Below, one piece after another: positions 46,870 to 57,006 of a DNA stretch of 64,000 bases; the first letter of the stretch is position 1, and each line of letters opens with the position of its first letter. The notes under the pieces were generated by a model. The model did no database searches. It was not told the DNA's origin and saw only the letters and a list, made by a program, of their open reading frames with translations. The stretch spans positions 1,824,001-1,888,000 of the forward strand of contig OY970192.1 of the NCBI GenBank assembly GCA_963708135.1, read 5' to 3'. The position numbers and the translations under genes are program-made. The DNA comes from an uncultured Gemmatimonadales bacterium (GTDB lineage Bacteria > Gemmatimonadota > Gemmatimonadetes > Longimicrobiales > RSA9).

Positions 46870-47997
46870 TCACTGGTCATCCTGAACGCCGCCCGAAGAC
46901 GCGCCGGCGAGGTGCGCCTCCGTGTCGTCCGCGGCGCGCTCCCAGCTGAATCCCTCTGCGAAGGTGCGCGCCTCCGCCCCCAGGCGGTCCCGCAGCCCGG
47001 GATCCGTCAGCAGGCACCGCAGGCGCTCCGACAGCGCGTCAACGTCGCCGTGCGGCACCAGGTAACCGGTCCTGCCGTCGATGACGGAGTCGCGCAGGCC
47101 CGGGGAGTCGCTCGCCACGGTCGCCGTCCCGCACGCCGCGGCCTCCAGGTTCGAGATCCCCCATCCCTCCTTCGGCGACGTGAGCACGTGCGCCCACGCG
47201 CGCCGGAACAGCTTCCGCTTCTCCTCCTCGCTCACGAAGCCCGGCATCTCCACGACGTCCTCCAGCCCCAGCTCGCCACGCAGCGCCCGCAGCGCCGGCG
47301 CGTGGTCACCGGTCCCCGCCAGAACCGCCCGAGCATCCAGGCCGGCGGCCCGCAGCCGCGCCAGCGCGTGCAGGATCAGGTCCACCCGCTTGTAGCGCTT
47401 CAACCGCCCCAGGTAAAGGAGCGTCGGCATCGGGAAGCGGGGCACCGCGGGGTCGGGCGCGAAGAACTCCAGGTCCACGCCGTTCGGGATCACCTCAATG
47501 CCGCGGCCGTCGAACCCGCGCCGCACGAGGTCGTCCGCCGTGCTGCGCGAGACCGCCTCCACGGCGACGCCCCGATAGACGCGGGCGAGGGGCAGCTCCA
47601 GCAGCCAGGTCGCCGTTGCGAGGGGGACGGAAGCTTCCTGGAACGCGGTCGCACCGAAGAGGTGGTGCACCAGCAGCACGAGCGGGGCACGCCCCCAGAG
47701 CGGCGTGAAGAGAGGCACCTTGTTGAGATCCTCGACCATGACGTCGAAGGGGCGGCCGGCCAGTCTCGCGCGGTAGTAGCGAGCAGCCACGAGGTTGAAT
47801 GTATAGCGTCCCCCGGTGCGATGCACGTCGATTCCGTCCACCCGGGCGCGCCGCGGCGCGCCCGGCCAGCCCGAGCACAGCAGCGTCACCTCGTGGTCGC
47901 GCGCCGCGAGCCGCCCGAACACCTCGTGGAGGTGGATCTCCGCGCCGCCCGCCTGCGGGTTCAGGCGATCCTGCCAGTTCAGCACGAGGATCCTCAG
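46870..47997 (-). CDS. GT4 glycosyltransferase (start uncertain)
   Basis: NPQAGGAE, IPNGVD, EGWGISNLEAAACG. Confidence 0.9.
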   Translation of the reverse strand: MRILVLNWQDRLNPQAGGAEIHLHEVFGRLAARDHEVTLLCSGWPGAPRRARVDGIDVHRTGGRYTFNLVAARYYRARLAGRPFDVMVEDLNKVPLFTPLWGRAPLVLLVHHLFGATAFQEASVPLATATWLLELPLARVYRGVAVEAVSRSTADDLVRRGFDGRGIEVIPNGVDLEFFAPDPAVPRFPMPTLLYLGRLKRYKRVDLILHALARLRAAGLDARAVLAGTGDHAPALRALRGELGLEDVVEMPGFVSEEEKRKLFRRAWAHVLTSPKEGWGISNLEAAACGTATVASDSPGLRDSVIDGRTGYLVPHGDVDALSERLRCLLTDPGLRDRLGAEARTFAEGFSWERAADDTEAHLAGASSGGVQDDQ

Positions 47998-48437
47998 CGC
48001 GCCCTCCCGGGCCCGCTCTCCTCCCCGCCCTGCCGCATGAGCGCGTCGAGCACACCGTTCACGAAGCGGGGGCTCTCGGCCGTTCCGTACTTCTCCGCCA
48101 GCACGAGCGCTTCCTGGATGGCGACGCGCGGCGGCACCTCCGGCACGAAGCGCAGCTCGGCGGCGCCGATCCGCAGGATATTCCTGTCGATGGCGGAGAC
48201 CCGCTCGAGGCGCCAGTTGGTGAGGGCGCCCGTGAGCGCCGCGTCGATCTCGGCGTGGTGGTCGTCCAGCGCGGCGATGAGCTGCTCCAGGTACTGGCGG
48301 CTCTGCTCGGCGATGCGGCGTTCGCGGTAGAACTCCCGCAGCACGTCGCCGGGCGGGCCGGCGCCCCCGCGCGTCTCCCAGGCGTACAGGATCTGCAGCG
48401 CCCATCCGCGTGCCCGGCTACGTGCCCGCACGGTCAC
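47994..48437 (-). CDS. nusB: Transcription antitermination factor NusB
   Basis: WRLERVSAIDRNILR, FVNGVLD. Confidence 0.95.
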   Translation of the reverse strand: MTVRARSRARGWALQILYAWETRGGAGPPGDVLREFYRERRIAEQSRQYLEQLIAALDDHHAEIDAALTGALTNWRLERVSAIDRNILRIGAAELRFVPEVPPRVAIQEALVLAEKYGTAESPRFVNGVLDALMRQGGEESGPGRAR

Positions 48438-48897
48438 CGTCGAGCTGGCGGAAGAGGTCCGCCATCTCAAGCGCGCTGAGGGCAGCGTCCCATCCCTTGT
48501 TGCCGCCCTTCCCGCCCGCGCGGGCGAGCGCCTGCTCCGTGGTTTCCGTCGTGAGCACGCCGAGCGCCACGGGCACGCCGGTCGCGAGCGAGGCAGCCGC
48601 GAGCCCCTTCGTCGCCTCCCCCGCCACGAAGTCGAAGTGCGGCGTCTCCCCCCGCACGACGCAGCCCAGCGCGACGACGGCCGCGTGCCGCCCGGCGCGC
48701 GCGATGCGGTGAACGGCGGCGGGCAGCTCCCACGCACCCGGCACCCAGACCACGTCCAGCTCCTGCTCCCCGACCCCGTGCTGCAGCAGGCAGGCGCGTG
48801 CGCCCTTGAGCAGCCGCTCGGTGACCAGCTCGTTGAAGCGGCTGACCACGACCACGAACCGGCGGCCGCCCGCCTCCAGCGTGCCCCGGTACTCCAT
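48418..48897 (-). CDS. ribH: Lumazine synthase
   Basis: SRFN, VPGAWELP, RGETPHF, GNKG. Confidence 0.97.
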   Translation of the reverse strand: MEYRGTLEAGGRRFVVVVSRFNELVTERLLKGARACLLQHGVGEQELDVVWVPGAWELPAAVHRIARAGRHAAVVALGCVVRGETPHFDFVAGEATKGLAAASLATGVPVALGVLTTETTEQALARAGGKGGNKGWDAALSALEMADLFRQLDGDRAGT

Positions 48898-50192
48898 CAG
48901 GCCTCCACCTCCTCCTCCGCGGCGCCGAGGTCCGTGGCCTCGGCGCGCTCCGCCTCCGGCGCGGCCACGATCGGCATGGCCCCATCCAGGTCGGCCAGCA
49001 GGTGTCCGAGCTTCTTGCGCTTGGTCACCAGGTACTCCCGGTTGTGCTCGGTCGGCGCGATCTGGATCGGCTCGCGGCCCGTGATCTTCAGGCCGTAGCC
49101 CTCGAGCCCCACGACCTTGCGCGGATTGTTCGTGAGCAGCCGGATCGAGCTGAGGCCGAGGTCGAGCAGGATCTGCGCGCCAATGCCGTAGTCGCGCAGG
49201 TCCGGCTTGAAGCCCAGGGACACGTTGGCCTGCACCGTGTCCTGTCCCTGGTCCTGGAGCGCGTAGGCGCGGATCTTGTTCGCCAGCCCGATGCCGCGCC
49301 CCTCCTGCCGCAGGTAGACGACCGCGCCCTCGCCCTCCTCGTCGATCCTGCGCAGCGCTGCGTGCAGCTGCTCGCCGCAGTCGCAGCGAAGGGAGTGGAA
49401 CACATCGCCCGTCAGGCACTCGGAGTGCATGCGCACGAGCACGTTCTTCCGCCCCGCCACCTCGCCCTTCACCAGCGCCACGTGCTCGCGCCCGTCCACC
49501 TGGTTCTCGAAGGCGATGACGCGGAACTCGCCGTACGGCGTGGGCAGCTGCGCCTCCGCGACGCGTCGCACGATCCGCTCGTGCTGCAGCCGGTACGCCA
49601 CGATCTGCGCCACCGTGATGAAGCGCAGGTCGTGCTCCCGGGCGAAGGCGTCGAGCTGCGGCCGGCGCGCCATGGTGCCGTCCGGGTTCAGGATCTCGCA
49701 GATCACCCCCGCCGGCGGGAGGCCCGCCAGCCGGGACAGGTCCACCGAGGCCTCCGTCTGGCCCACCCGCCGGAGCACTCCGCCCGGCACGGCCCGCAGC
49801 GGGAAGACGTGGCCGGGCCTGCGCAGGTCGCCGGGCCGCGTTGTCGCATCCACCAGCAGCCGTGTCGTCTTCGCGCGGTCCGCGGCGCTGATCCCCGTCG
49901 TCACGCCGAAGCGCGGGTGCGCGTCCACCGACACCGTGAACGCCGTCCCCATGTAGTCCTGGTTCTGTTCCGTCATCGGCGTGAGGCCGAGAACCTCCGC
50001 CCGCTCCTGCGTGATCGCCACGCAGATGAGGCCGCGGCCGTGGGTGGCCATGAAGTTGATCCGCTCCGGCGTGACCGTCGCCGCGGCGCAGACCAGGTCG
50101 CCCTCGTTCTCGCGGTCCTCATCGTCCGCGACGATCACGATCCCGCCCTCGCGGATCTCCTCGATCGCCGATTCCACCGTGTCGAACGGCAT
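48897..50192 (-). CDS. ribBA: DHBP synthase / GTP cyclohydrolase II
   Basis: [27 protein letters not shown]. Confidence 0.97.
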   Translation of the reverse strand: MPFDTVESAIEEIREGGIVIVADDEDRENEGDLVCAAATVTPERINFMATHGRGLICVAITQERAEVLGLTPMTEQNQDYMGTAFTVSVDAHPRFGVTTGISAADRAKTTRLLVDATTRPGDLRRPGHVFPLRAVPGGVLRRVGQTEASVDLSRLAGLPPAGVICEILNPDGTMARRPQLDAFAREHDLRFITVAQIVAYRLQHERIVRRVAEAQLPTPYGEFRVIAFENQVDGREHVALVKGEVAGRKNVLVRMHSECLTGDVFHSLRCDCGEQLHAALRRIDEEGEGAVVYLRQEGRGIGLANKIRAYALQDQGQDTVQANVSLGFKPDLRDYGIGAQILLDLGLSSIRLLTNNPRKVVGLEGYGLKITGREPIQIAPTEHNREYLVTKRKKLGHLLADLDGAMPIVAAPEAERAEATDLGAAEEEVEA

Positions 50193-50209
50193 GGTGCCTC
50201 CTGGCTTCC

Positions 50210-50836
50210 TCACGCGCCCGCCTCCCGTCCTCCTACCCCGCTGCCCCCCGTGCGCTTCAGGTAACTCACGACGAACCGCCCCAGCATGTCGCCCTCGAGA
50301 TTCACGCCCGCGCCCCGCGCGAGCGACGAGAGGTTCGTATGCTCCCACGTATACGGGATCAGCGCGACCTGCGCCACGTCCCCCTCGAGCGCGTTGACCG
50401 TCAGGCTGACGCCGTTCACGGCGATCGAGCCGTGCAGCACCGTCACATCCGCCACCTCGGGCGGCAGGCGGATGTCCAGCAGCACGTGCTCCCCCTCGCG
50501 GCGGAGACCCTCCACCGTCCCGACCGCGTCCACGTGGCCCTGCACCAGGTGCCCACCCAGCCGCTCCCCGAGCGCCAGCGCCCGCTCGAGATTGACCCGC
50601 CGGCCCGGCTCGAGGCCACCCAGCGTGGTGCGCGAGAGGGTAGTCCCGATCGCCTCCACGACGAACGCGCCCGCCTCGAGGCCGACGACGGTCTGGCACA
50701 CGCCGTCGATGGCGACGGAGTCGCCCTCGCCCAGCCCGGCGCGCACCGCGTCCGCCTCGACCGAGATCCGCCGGCCGTTGTCCACCGGCCGTGCCTCACG
50801 AATCCGGCCGACCTCCTCGATGATCCCCGTGAACAC
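50210..50836 (-). CDS. ribE: Riboflavin synthase
   Basis: [23 protein letters not shown]. Confidence 0.97.
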   Translation of the reverse strand: MFTGIIEEVGRIREARPVDNGRRISVEADAVRAGLGEGDSVAIDGVCQTVVGLEAGAFVVEAIGTTLSRTTLGGLEPGRRVNLERALALGERLGGHLVQGHVDAVGTVEGLRREGEHVLLDIRLPPEVADVTVLHGSIAVNGVSLTVNALEGDVAQVALIPYTWEHTNLSSLARGAGVNLEGDMLGRFVVSYLKRTGGSGVGGREAGA

Positions 50837-50854
50837 GCTCTCCTCCCGGCGCCC

Positions 50855-51958
50855 TCAGGCGTGCACGCGCCTGAGCGTCAGCAGCACGTCCCGGCCGAAG
50901 GTCCGCACCTCCTCCGGCGTCCAGTCGCCCCCGCCCGACGCGCCGAGCGGCTCGGTGAAGGCCGGCACGCCGTCCGGGCCGTAGAACCGTGGCGCTTGGA
51001 ACAGGTACAGCCGCTCCACCCGGTCCACGGCGAGAAAGGAGGAGCCGGTCCGGCCGCCGCCCTCCACGAACACGGAGCGGATCCCTTCCTCCCACAGGGC
51101 CGAGAGCGCCGCGGCCACGTCGAGGCCCGACTCCCCGCGCGGGAGCGGCTGGACCTCGACCCCCGCTCCGCGGAGCGCCTCCCGGCGCTCGCGCGGCGCA
51201 TCCTGGGCGCAGAGCACCCGCACGGGCGCCTCTCCGGCACCGCGGACGAGGCGGCTCGCCAGCGGGAGCTTGGCCTCCGAGTCGAGCACCACGCGCGCTG
51301 GCGGCACGCGCGGCGTCACCGCCCCGCGCACCGTGAGCCGCGGGTCGTCCGCGATCGCGGTGCCGATCCCGACCAGGATGGCATCGAAGCCCGCCCGCAG
51401 GCAATGCGTCTCCGCCCGCGCCTCCTCGCCCGTGACCCACGCCTGTCCCGCCTGGCGCGGGCCGAGCCGCGCGTCGAGCGACAGCGCGTACTTGAGCGCC
51501 ACCCACGGCGCCCCGCGCTCCGCGGCGTGGAAGAAGGCCGCATTCTGCGCCCGTGCCGCCTCCCTCTCGACGCCGCCGAGGACCTCCAGTCCCCGGTCCC
51601 CGAGGCGGGCACCGCCGCCCGCCGACTCGCGCCCGGGATCCTCCGCGGCGTAGACGAGGCGGGCGATGCCCGCGGCCGCGATCGCGTTCGTGCACGGCGG
51701 CGTCTTCCCCTGGTGCGCGCACGGCTCGAGCGTCACGTAGAGGGTTGCGCCCTGCGCGCGCTCCCCCGCCGCCTCGAGGGCGGCCACCTCCGCATGCGGC
51801 CCGCCGAACGCGGCGTGCCATCCCTCGCCGACGAGGGCGCCGTCGCGCACGACCACGGCGCCGACCAGCGGGTTGGGGTGCACCGAGCCCCACCCGCGGG
51901 CGGCGAGCCCGAGCGCTCTCCGCATGTACGCCGCGTCGTCGGCCGTGGGTCCCGGCAT
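50855..51958 (-). CDS. ribD: Riboflavin deaminase/reductase
   Basis: PNPLVGAV, HAE, TLEPCAH..TPPC, VEGGG. Confidence 0.96.
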   Translation of the reverse strand: MPGPTADDAAYMRRALGLAARGWGSVHPNPLVGAVVVRDGALVGEGWHAAFGGPHAEVAALEAAGERAQGATLYVTLEPCAHQGKTPPCTNAIAAAGIARLVYAAEDPGRESAGGGARLGDRGLEVLGGVEREAARAQNAAFFHAAERGAPWVALKYALSLDARLGPRQAGQAWVTGEEARAETHCLRAGFDAILVGIGTAIADDPRLTVRGAVTPRVPPARVVLDSEAKLPLASRLVRGAGEAPVRVLCAQDAPRERREALRGAGVEVQPLPRGESGLDVAAALSALWEEGIRSVFVEGGGRTGSSFLAVDRVERLYLFQAPRFYGPDGVPAFTEPLGASGGGDWTPEEVRTFGRDVLLTLRRVHA

Positions 51959-51960
51959 CG

Positions 51961-52977
51961 TCAGATCGAGAGGCGGAGCGCGAGGCTGGCGAAGAGGGAT
52001 CCCTTCCGCACCAGGTCCTCCTTCCCCGTCGGCGTGGGCAGGGCGGCGGGCTCCGTCCCCCGCTGCCAGCCGACCTCGCCCACGGCGTGCAGGATGAGCA
52101 TGGTCCACGACAGGTTCGCGAAGGCGCTCATACGGCTGGCCGGATAGCCGGATACCGAGGCCTGGTTCGCACCCGGGACTCCCCCGGGCAGCTCACTGCT
52201 GCCCAGAACGGTGGTCGAGACATCGCTGCGGTACCGGTCCCAGCCCAGTCCGGCGGTGGCGCCGAGCACGAGCAGCCGCTTGCTCACGGCCGCGCGCACG
52301 GAGAGGTCGGAGACGCCGTTCAGCGTGAAGCTCGCGCTGTCCACGGGTACCTCGCCGAAGCGGACGTCGCCGACGTGGCGGTACATGCCCGAGACGGAGA
52401 TGCCGGGCATCGTGAACGACTCGCGCAGCAGGCCGAGGCGGACGCCGAGCCCGTAGCCGACCGGCGAGCCGTTCGCGAAGTCCCCCGGAAGCCGGGCCGC
52501 GCCCAGGCTGGCGAGGGCGTCCACCGAGCCGAAGCCCCCCACAGTAGGAAGCAGGCGAAGCCCGTCGAAGATCCCGACGGAGGCATCCACGTCGAAGAAC
52601 GGCGCGAACACGCCGATGTCGCCGCCCCCGCGGAGCGGCGGCAGCGTGAAATGGGCGCCCGTGACGCGCGCGTCCACCGAGATGTGCGGAAAGGTGCCCA
52701 TGCGCATGCCCAGCGTGCTGGCGGTCCCCTCGACGGGATTCCCGCCGGAGAACGCCAGGCCGATGCGCGGCTCCGCGATCTCCACGGCCTGCGCCGCCAG
52801 CAGGCACAGCCGCGCACCCTGTCCGGCCGCCGGGCACTTCTCGAGGAGCGAAGAGTCCTGCGCCCGTGCCACGCTCGGCGCGGCCAGCATGCCGCAGGCC
52901 GCGAGCGCCGCCGCCGCCGCGCGGTGGATCACGCCGCGCACGCCGCGGCGGAGTCGTCGCCTGCCTTCAGGCCACAT
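51961..52977 (-). CDS. Hypothetical exported / outer-membrane beta-rich protein
   Basis: Signal peptide, alternating beta-strand pattern, operon position. Confidence 0.65.
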   Translation of the reverse strand: MWPEGRRRLRRGVRGVIHRAAAAALAACGMLAAPSVARAQDSSLLEKCPAAGQGARLCLLAAQAVEIAEPRIGLAFSGGNPVEGTASTLGMRMGTFPHISVDARVTGAHFTLPPLRGGGDIGVFAPFFDVDASVGIFDGLRLLPTVGGFGSVDALASLGAARLPGDFANGSPVGYGLGVRLGLLRESFTMPGISVSGMYRHVGDVRFGEVPVDSASFTLNGVSDLSVRAAVSKRLLVLGATAGLGWDRYRSDVSTTVLGSSELPGGVPGANQASVSGYPASRMSAFANLSWTMLILHAVGEVGWQRGTEPAALPTPTGKEDLVRKGSLFASLALRLSI

Positions 52978-52992
52978 CCCGGCCCACCCTTC

Positions 52993-54042
52993 CTAGAACA
53001 GCCGCACGCCCGCGTCGCCCCGCTCCACCACGCCCAGCCCCCAGGCGTCCTCCCCGTTCGCGCGGAGGCGCTCGACCACCTCGAGCTGGTGCTCCGGCGC
53101 GACGACCAGGATCATGCCCACGCCCATGTTGAAGGTCCGGTACATCTCGTCCTCGCTCACGTCCCCGTGACGCATCACGGCATAGAACTCCAGCGGCATC
53201 TCCCACGTGGAGCGCTGGACGTGCGCCTCGAGTCCCGCAGGCAGGACTCGGGCCAGATTCTCCGGGATCCCGCCTCCGGTGATGTGGGCCAGGGCGCGCA
53301 CCCGTCCCTCACCGATGAGCGGCAGCACCGGCCGCAGATAGCTCCGGTGCGGACGCAGGAGGACGTCGCCGACGCTCGCGCCCGTGTCCGGGAACTCGTC
53401 ATCCACGCTCAGCCCCATGCGCTCGAACAGGAGCCGCCGCAGGAGCGAATAGCCGTTGGTGTGGAAGCCATCCGACGCCAAGCCGACGAGTGCGTCGCCC
53501 GCCTGCACGCGGTGCGCCCCCGGCCTCGACTCCGCCTCGACGATGCCCACGATGAAGCCGGCCAGGTCATACTCGCCGGGCCCGTAGAAGTCGGGCAGCT
53601 CGGCGGTTTCGCCGCCGAGCAGCGCGCAGCCGTTGTCGCCGCACGCCCCGGCCATCCCCGCCACGATCTGCTCGACGGTCCCTTCCTCGAGCCGGCCCAT
53701 GCCAATGTAGTCGAGGAAGAACAGCGGCCGCGCGCCCTCGACCAGAATGTCGTCCACGCAATGATTGACCAGGTCCCGGCCGACGGTGTCGTGGATCCCC
53801 GCGCGCATGGCCACCTTGAGCTTCGTGCCGACCCCGTCCGCGCTGGCCACGAGCGCCGGGTCCGTAAGTCCCGCCGGAACGCGGAAGATGCCGCCGAACG
53901 AGCCTTCCTTCGACAGCACCTCGGGGCCCGCCGTGGCCCGCACGAGCTCGGCGATCCGCCGCTTGGCGCGGCCCGCCACGTCGCGGTCCACGCCCGATTC
54001 CCTGTAGCTCAGGCCCACCTCGTCCGCCTCAGCCCCAGGCAT
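52993..54042 (-). CDS. purM: AIR synthetase
   Basis: DGVGTK, GGETAE, HITGGG, TFNMGVG. Confidence 0.97.
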   Translation of the reverse strand: MPGAEADEVGLSYRESGVDRDVAGRAKRRIAELVRATAGPEVLSKEGSFGGIFRVPAGLTDPALVASADGVGTKLKVAMRAGIHDTVGRDLVNHCVDDILVEGARPLFFLDYIGMGRLEEGTVEQIVAGMAGACGDNGCALLGGETAELPDFYGPGEYDLAGFIVGIVEAESRPGAHRVQAGDALVGLASDGFHTNGYSLLRRLLFERMGLSVDDEFPDTGASVGDVLLRPHRSYLRPVLPLIGEGRVRALAHITGGGIPENLARVLPAGLEAHVQRSTWEMPLEFYAVMRHGDVSEDEMYRTFNMGVGMILVVAPEHQLEVVERLRANGEDAWGLGVVERGDAGVRLF

Positions 54043-54964
54043 GCGCGCCCACGGCCGTGGCGTGCTCGAACGCCGTCATCTCGCGGAACGCTCTCACGCG
54101 CTCCCTGACCTCGTCCGGCCGGATCTCGACCAGCCGCTCGATGCTGAAGCGCTCGACCGCGAAGGAGCCGAGCGCCGAGCCGTAGACCATGGCCCGGCGC
54201 AGCTCGTCCGGCTCCGTCGAGCCCACGAGGGCGAGGTAGCCCATGAAGCCGCCGGCGAAGGCGTCGCCCGCGCCGGTCGGGTCGAAGACCTCCTCGAGCG
54301 GGTAGCCGGGCGTGAAGAACACCATGTCCGGCGTGAACAGGATCGCGCCGTGCTCGCCCTTCTTCACGACCACCAGCTGCGGCCCCCGAGCCTGGATCCA
54401 GCGGGCCGCGCGCAGCAGGTTGTGGTCGCCGGAGAGCTCCCGCGCCTCGGCATCGTTCACCAGCAGCAGGTCCACCCGGCCGAGCAGCTCGAGCAGCGCG
54501 TCGCGCTTGCCGTGAATCCAGAAGTTCATGGTGTCGCACGCGACCATCCGAGGCGCGTGCACCTGGTCCAGCACCTCGATCTGGAGCTCCGGGTCGATGT
54601 TGCCGAGGAAGACCCAGGCGGCATCGCGGAACGCCTCCGGGATGCGCGGCCGGAACTCCGCGAACACGCCCAGGCGCGTCTCCCGGGTCTCGCGCGTGTT
54701 CAGGTCGAAGCTGTAGATGCCCGACCAGCGGAAGCTCTCGCCCTCCGCCTGCTCGAGGCCGCTCAGGTCCACGCCGCGGCCGCGCAGGAACTCCAGCCGG
54801 TCGAGCGGATAGTCGCTCCCCACCACACCCACCAGCTGCACCGGGTGGAACAGCGAGGCCGCCGCCGAGAAGAAGGTGGCCGACCCGCCGAGCGCGTCCT
54901 CGGCCGTCCCGAACGGCGTCTCCACGGTGTCCAGGGCGACGCTTCCCACGACCAGCAGGCTCAT
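54029..54964 (-). CDS. PfkB-family sugar/nucleoside kinase
   Basis: GGSA, DPTGAGDAFAGG. Confidence 0.93.
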   Translation of the reverse strand: MSLLVVGSVALDTVETPFGTAEDALGGSATFFSAAASLFHPVQLVGVVGSDYPLDRLEFLRGRGVDLSGLEQAEGESFRWSGIYSFDLNTRETRETRLGVFAEFRPRIPEAFRDAAWVFLGNIDPELQIEVLDQVHAPRMVACDTMNFWIHGKRDALLELLGRVDLLLVNDAEARELSGDHNLLRAARWIQARGPQLVVVKKGEHGAILFTPDMVFFTPGYPLEEVFDPTGAGDAFAGGFMGYLALVGSTEPDELRRAMVYGSALGSFAVERFSIERLVEIRPDEVRERVRAFREMTAFEHATAVGAHAWG

Positions 54965-56646
54965 GTGGCGCTCTCCTCCCGCTCCATTCGCTCCGGCGCG
55001 TCGAGCCCGAGCAGCTCCAGGGCGTTGCGCAGCACGATCTGCACGGCACGCGCGAGCGCGAGCCGCGCCGCCCTCAGCTCCGGATCCGCCACCAGCACCG
55101 CCAGCTCCGGGTTCCGGCTCGGGTTGCCGCTGTGATACCATGAGTTGACGAGCGCGGCCGTAGCCTCCAGGTAGTCGCACACCACGTGCGGCGCGCGCGC
55201 GCCAGCCGCGCGCTCGACCACCGCCGGCAGCTCCGCCAGCTGCCGGATCAGCTCCTGCTCCACGTCGGTGGCGAGGCGCGCGAGCGAGCCGACATCCTCG
55301 TCGAGCGATTCCGGCGCCACGCCCGCCTTGCGGAAGATGCTCGCCATGCGGGCGTGCGCGTACTGGACCTTGTAGACCGGGTTCTTCTCCGAGCGGTCCA
55401 GGGCGAGATCGAGGTCGAAGAGCATCTGCGTGTCGCCCCGACGCATGAGGAAGAAGTAGCGCGCCACATCCACGCCCGTCTCCTCGAACAGCTCGCGCAA
55501 CGTCACGAACTCGCCCGCCCGCTTGCTGATCTTGACCTCCTCGCCGCCGCGCATGATGCGCACCATCTGTACGATCTCGACATCCAGGAAATCGGGCAGG
55601 CCGAGCGCGGCCAGCGCCGCCTGCATGCGCGGCACGTAGCCGTGGTGGTCCGCGCCCCAGACGTCGATCGCGTGGTCGAAGCCGCGCCGGGCCTTCTCCC
55701 GGTGGTAGGCGATGTCCGGCAGGAAGTACGTGTAGCTGCCATCGCTCTTCACCAGCACGCGGTCCTTGTCGTCCCCGAACTCGGTCGTCCGCAGCCAGAG
55801 CGCGCCCTCCGACTCGTAGGTCAGCCCTCGCTGCCCGAGCTCATCGATGGTATCGGCGATCCGGTCCTCGCGGTAAAGCCGCGATTCGGGGAAATAGCTG
55901 TCGAAGTGGACCCGGAAGTCCGCCAGGTCCCGGTCCTGCCCCGCCTTCAGGCGCTCGACCGCCCACGCGCCGAGCGCCGCCACGCGCGCCGCTTCGTCCA
56001 GGCCGCGGAGCCGATCGCCCTGCTCGGCCTCGACCTCCTCCGCCAGCTCGACGAGGTACGCGCCGTGATAGCCGCCCTCGGGGATCGACACCTCCCCGCC
56101 CGTGCGGCCCCGCCAGCGCGCGTCCAGCGACTCCGCGAGCCGCTGGATCTGCACGCCCGCGTCGTTGACGTAGAACTCCCGCTCCACGTCGTGGCCCGTC
56201 CACTCGAGCAGCGCCGCGATGCCGTCTCCCAGCGAGGCGCCGCGCCCGTGCGCCACGTGCAGCGGGCCCGTAGGGTTCGCGGACACGAACTCCACCTGCA
56301 CGCGCCGGCCCGCGCCGCCCTGCGAGCGGCCATAGGCGCGGTCCTCGCGCAGCACGCGCGCGAGCTGCGCTTCCATGACCTCGCCCGCCAGGCGGAAGTT
56401 GATGAAGCCTGGACCCGCGACCTCCGCGCTCGCCACCCCCACGCCCGAGAGGTCGAGACGCGAGATCACGTCCTGCGCCACATCGCGCGGCCGGCGCCCG
56501 AGCCGCCCCGCGAGCACGAGCGCCAGGTTGGTCGCCAGGTCCCCGTGCTCCGGGTTGCGCGGCCGCTCGACCTGCACCGCTTCGCCGTCGCCCCCGAGCT
56601 CCCCCGCGATCTCGCGCAGGCGCCGGAGCAGCAGCTCGCTCGCCAT
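54961..56646 (-). CDS. argS: Arginyl-tRNA synthetase
   Basis: EFVSANPTGPLHVAH, WGADHHGY, VQYAHAR. Confidence 0.97.
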   Translation of the reverse strand: MASELLLRRLREIAGELGGDGEAVQVERPRNPEHGDLATNLALVLAGRLGRRPRDVAQDVISRLDLSGVGVASAEVAGPGFINFRLAGEVMEAQLARVLREDRAYGRSQGGAGRRVQVEFVSANPTGPLHVAHGRGASLGDGIAALLEWTGHDVEREFYVNDAGVQIQRLAESLDARWRGRTGGEVSIPEGGYHGAYLVELAEEVEAEQGDRLRGLDEAARVAALGAWAVERLKAGQDRDLADFRVHFDSYFPESRLYREDRIADTIDELGQRGLTYESEGALWLRTTEFGDDKDRVLVKSDGSYTYFLPDIAYHREKARRGFDHAIDVWGADHHGYVPRMQAALAALGLPDFLDVEIVQMVRIMRGGEEVKISKRAGEFVTLRELFEETGVDVARYFFLMRRGDTQMLFDLDLALDRSEKNPVYKVQYAHARMASIFRKAGVAPESLDEDVGSLARLATDVEQELIRQLAELPAVVERAAGARAPHVVCDYLEATAALVNSWYHSGNPSRNPELAVLVADPELRAARLALARAVQIVLRNALELLGLDAPERMEREESAT

Positions 56647-56966
56647 CACTCGGCGCCCGCCGCGCCCCCGCCGGAGCCGCCCGCCTCCTTCTTGCCCGGC
56701 GACGACGCGCCCCCCTCCGGCTTCGCGGCGTCCGGCTTCGATGCTGCGGCCCCGCCCTTGTCCGACTCCGCCGCCTTCTTGTAGCTCTCGCTGCGGTAGT
56801 CGGTGGTGTAGAAGCCGGAGCCCTTGAAGAGCAACCCGGCCCCGCCCGACAGCACGCGCTCCGCCTGCTTGCCGCAGACCGGGCAGGTCGCCTCCGGCGG
56901 GGCGCTCATGCGCTGGAACTCCTCGAACTCGTGCCCCTCGGGGCAGCGGTACTCGTACGTCGGCAT
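56646..56966 (-). CDS. FmdB-family zinc-ribbon protein
   Basis: MPTYEYRC, CPVCG, FKGSGFYTTDY. Confidence 0.92.
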   Translation of the reverse strand: MPTYEYRCPEGHEFEEFQRMSAPPEATCPVCGKQAERVLSGGAGLLFKGSGFYTTDYRSESYKKAAESDKGGAAASKPDAAKPEGGASSPGKKEAGGSGGGAAGAE

Positions 56967-57006
56967 CGCTCTCGGTCCACTCCCGGTTGTCTCGGCCGCG
57001 CCGGCG

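Noticed and set aside
50855..52977. FMN riboswitch upstream of the rib genes
   Set aside because: No intergenic space and no recognisable RFN motif; the genes are embedded in a long operon.
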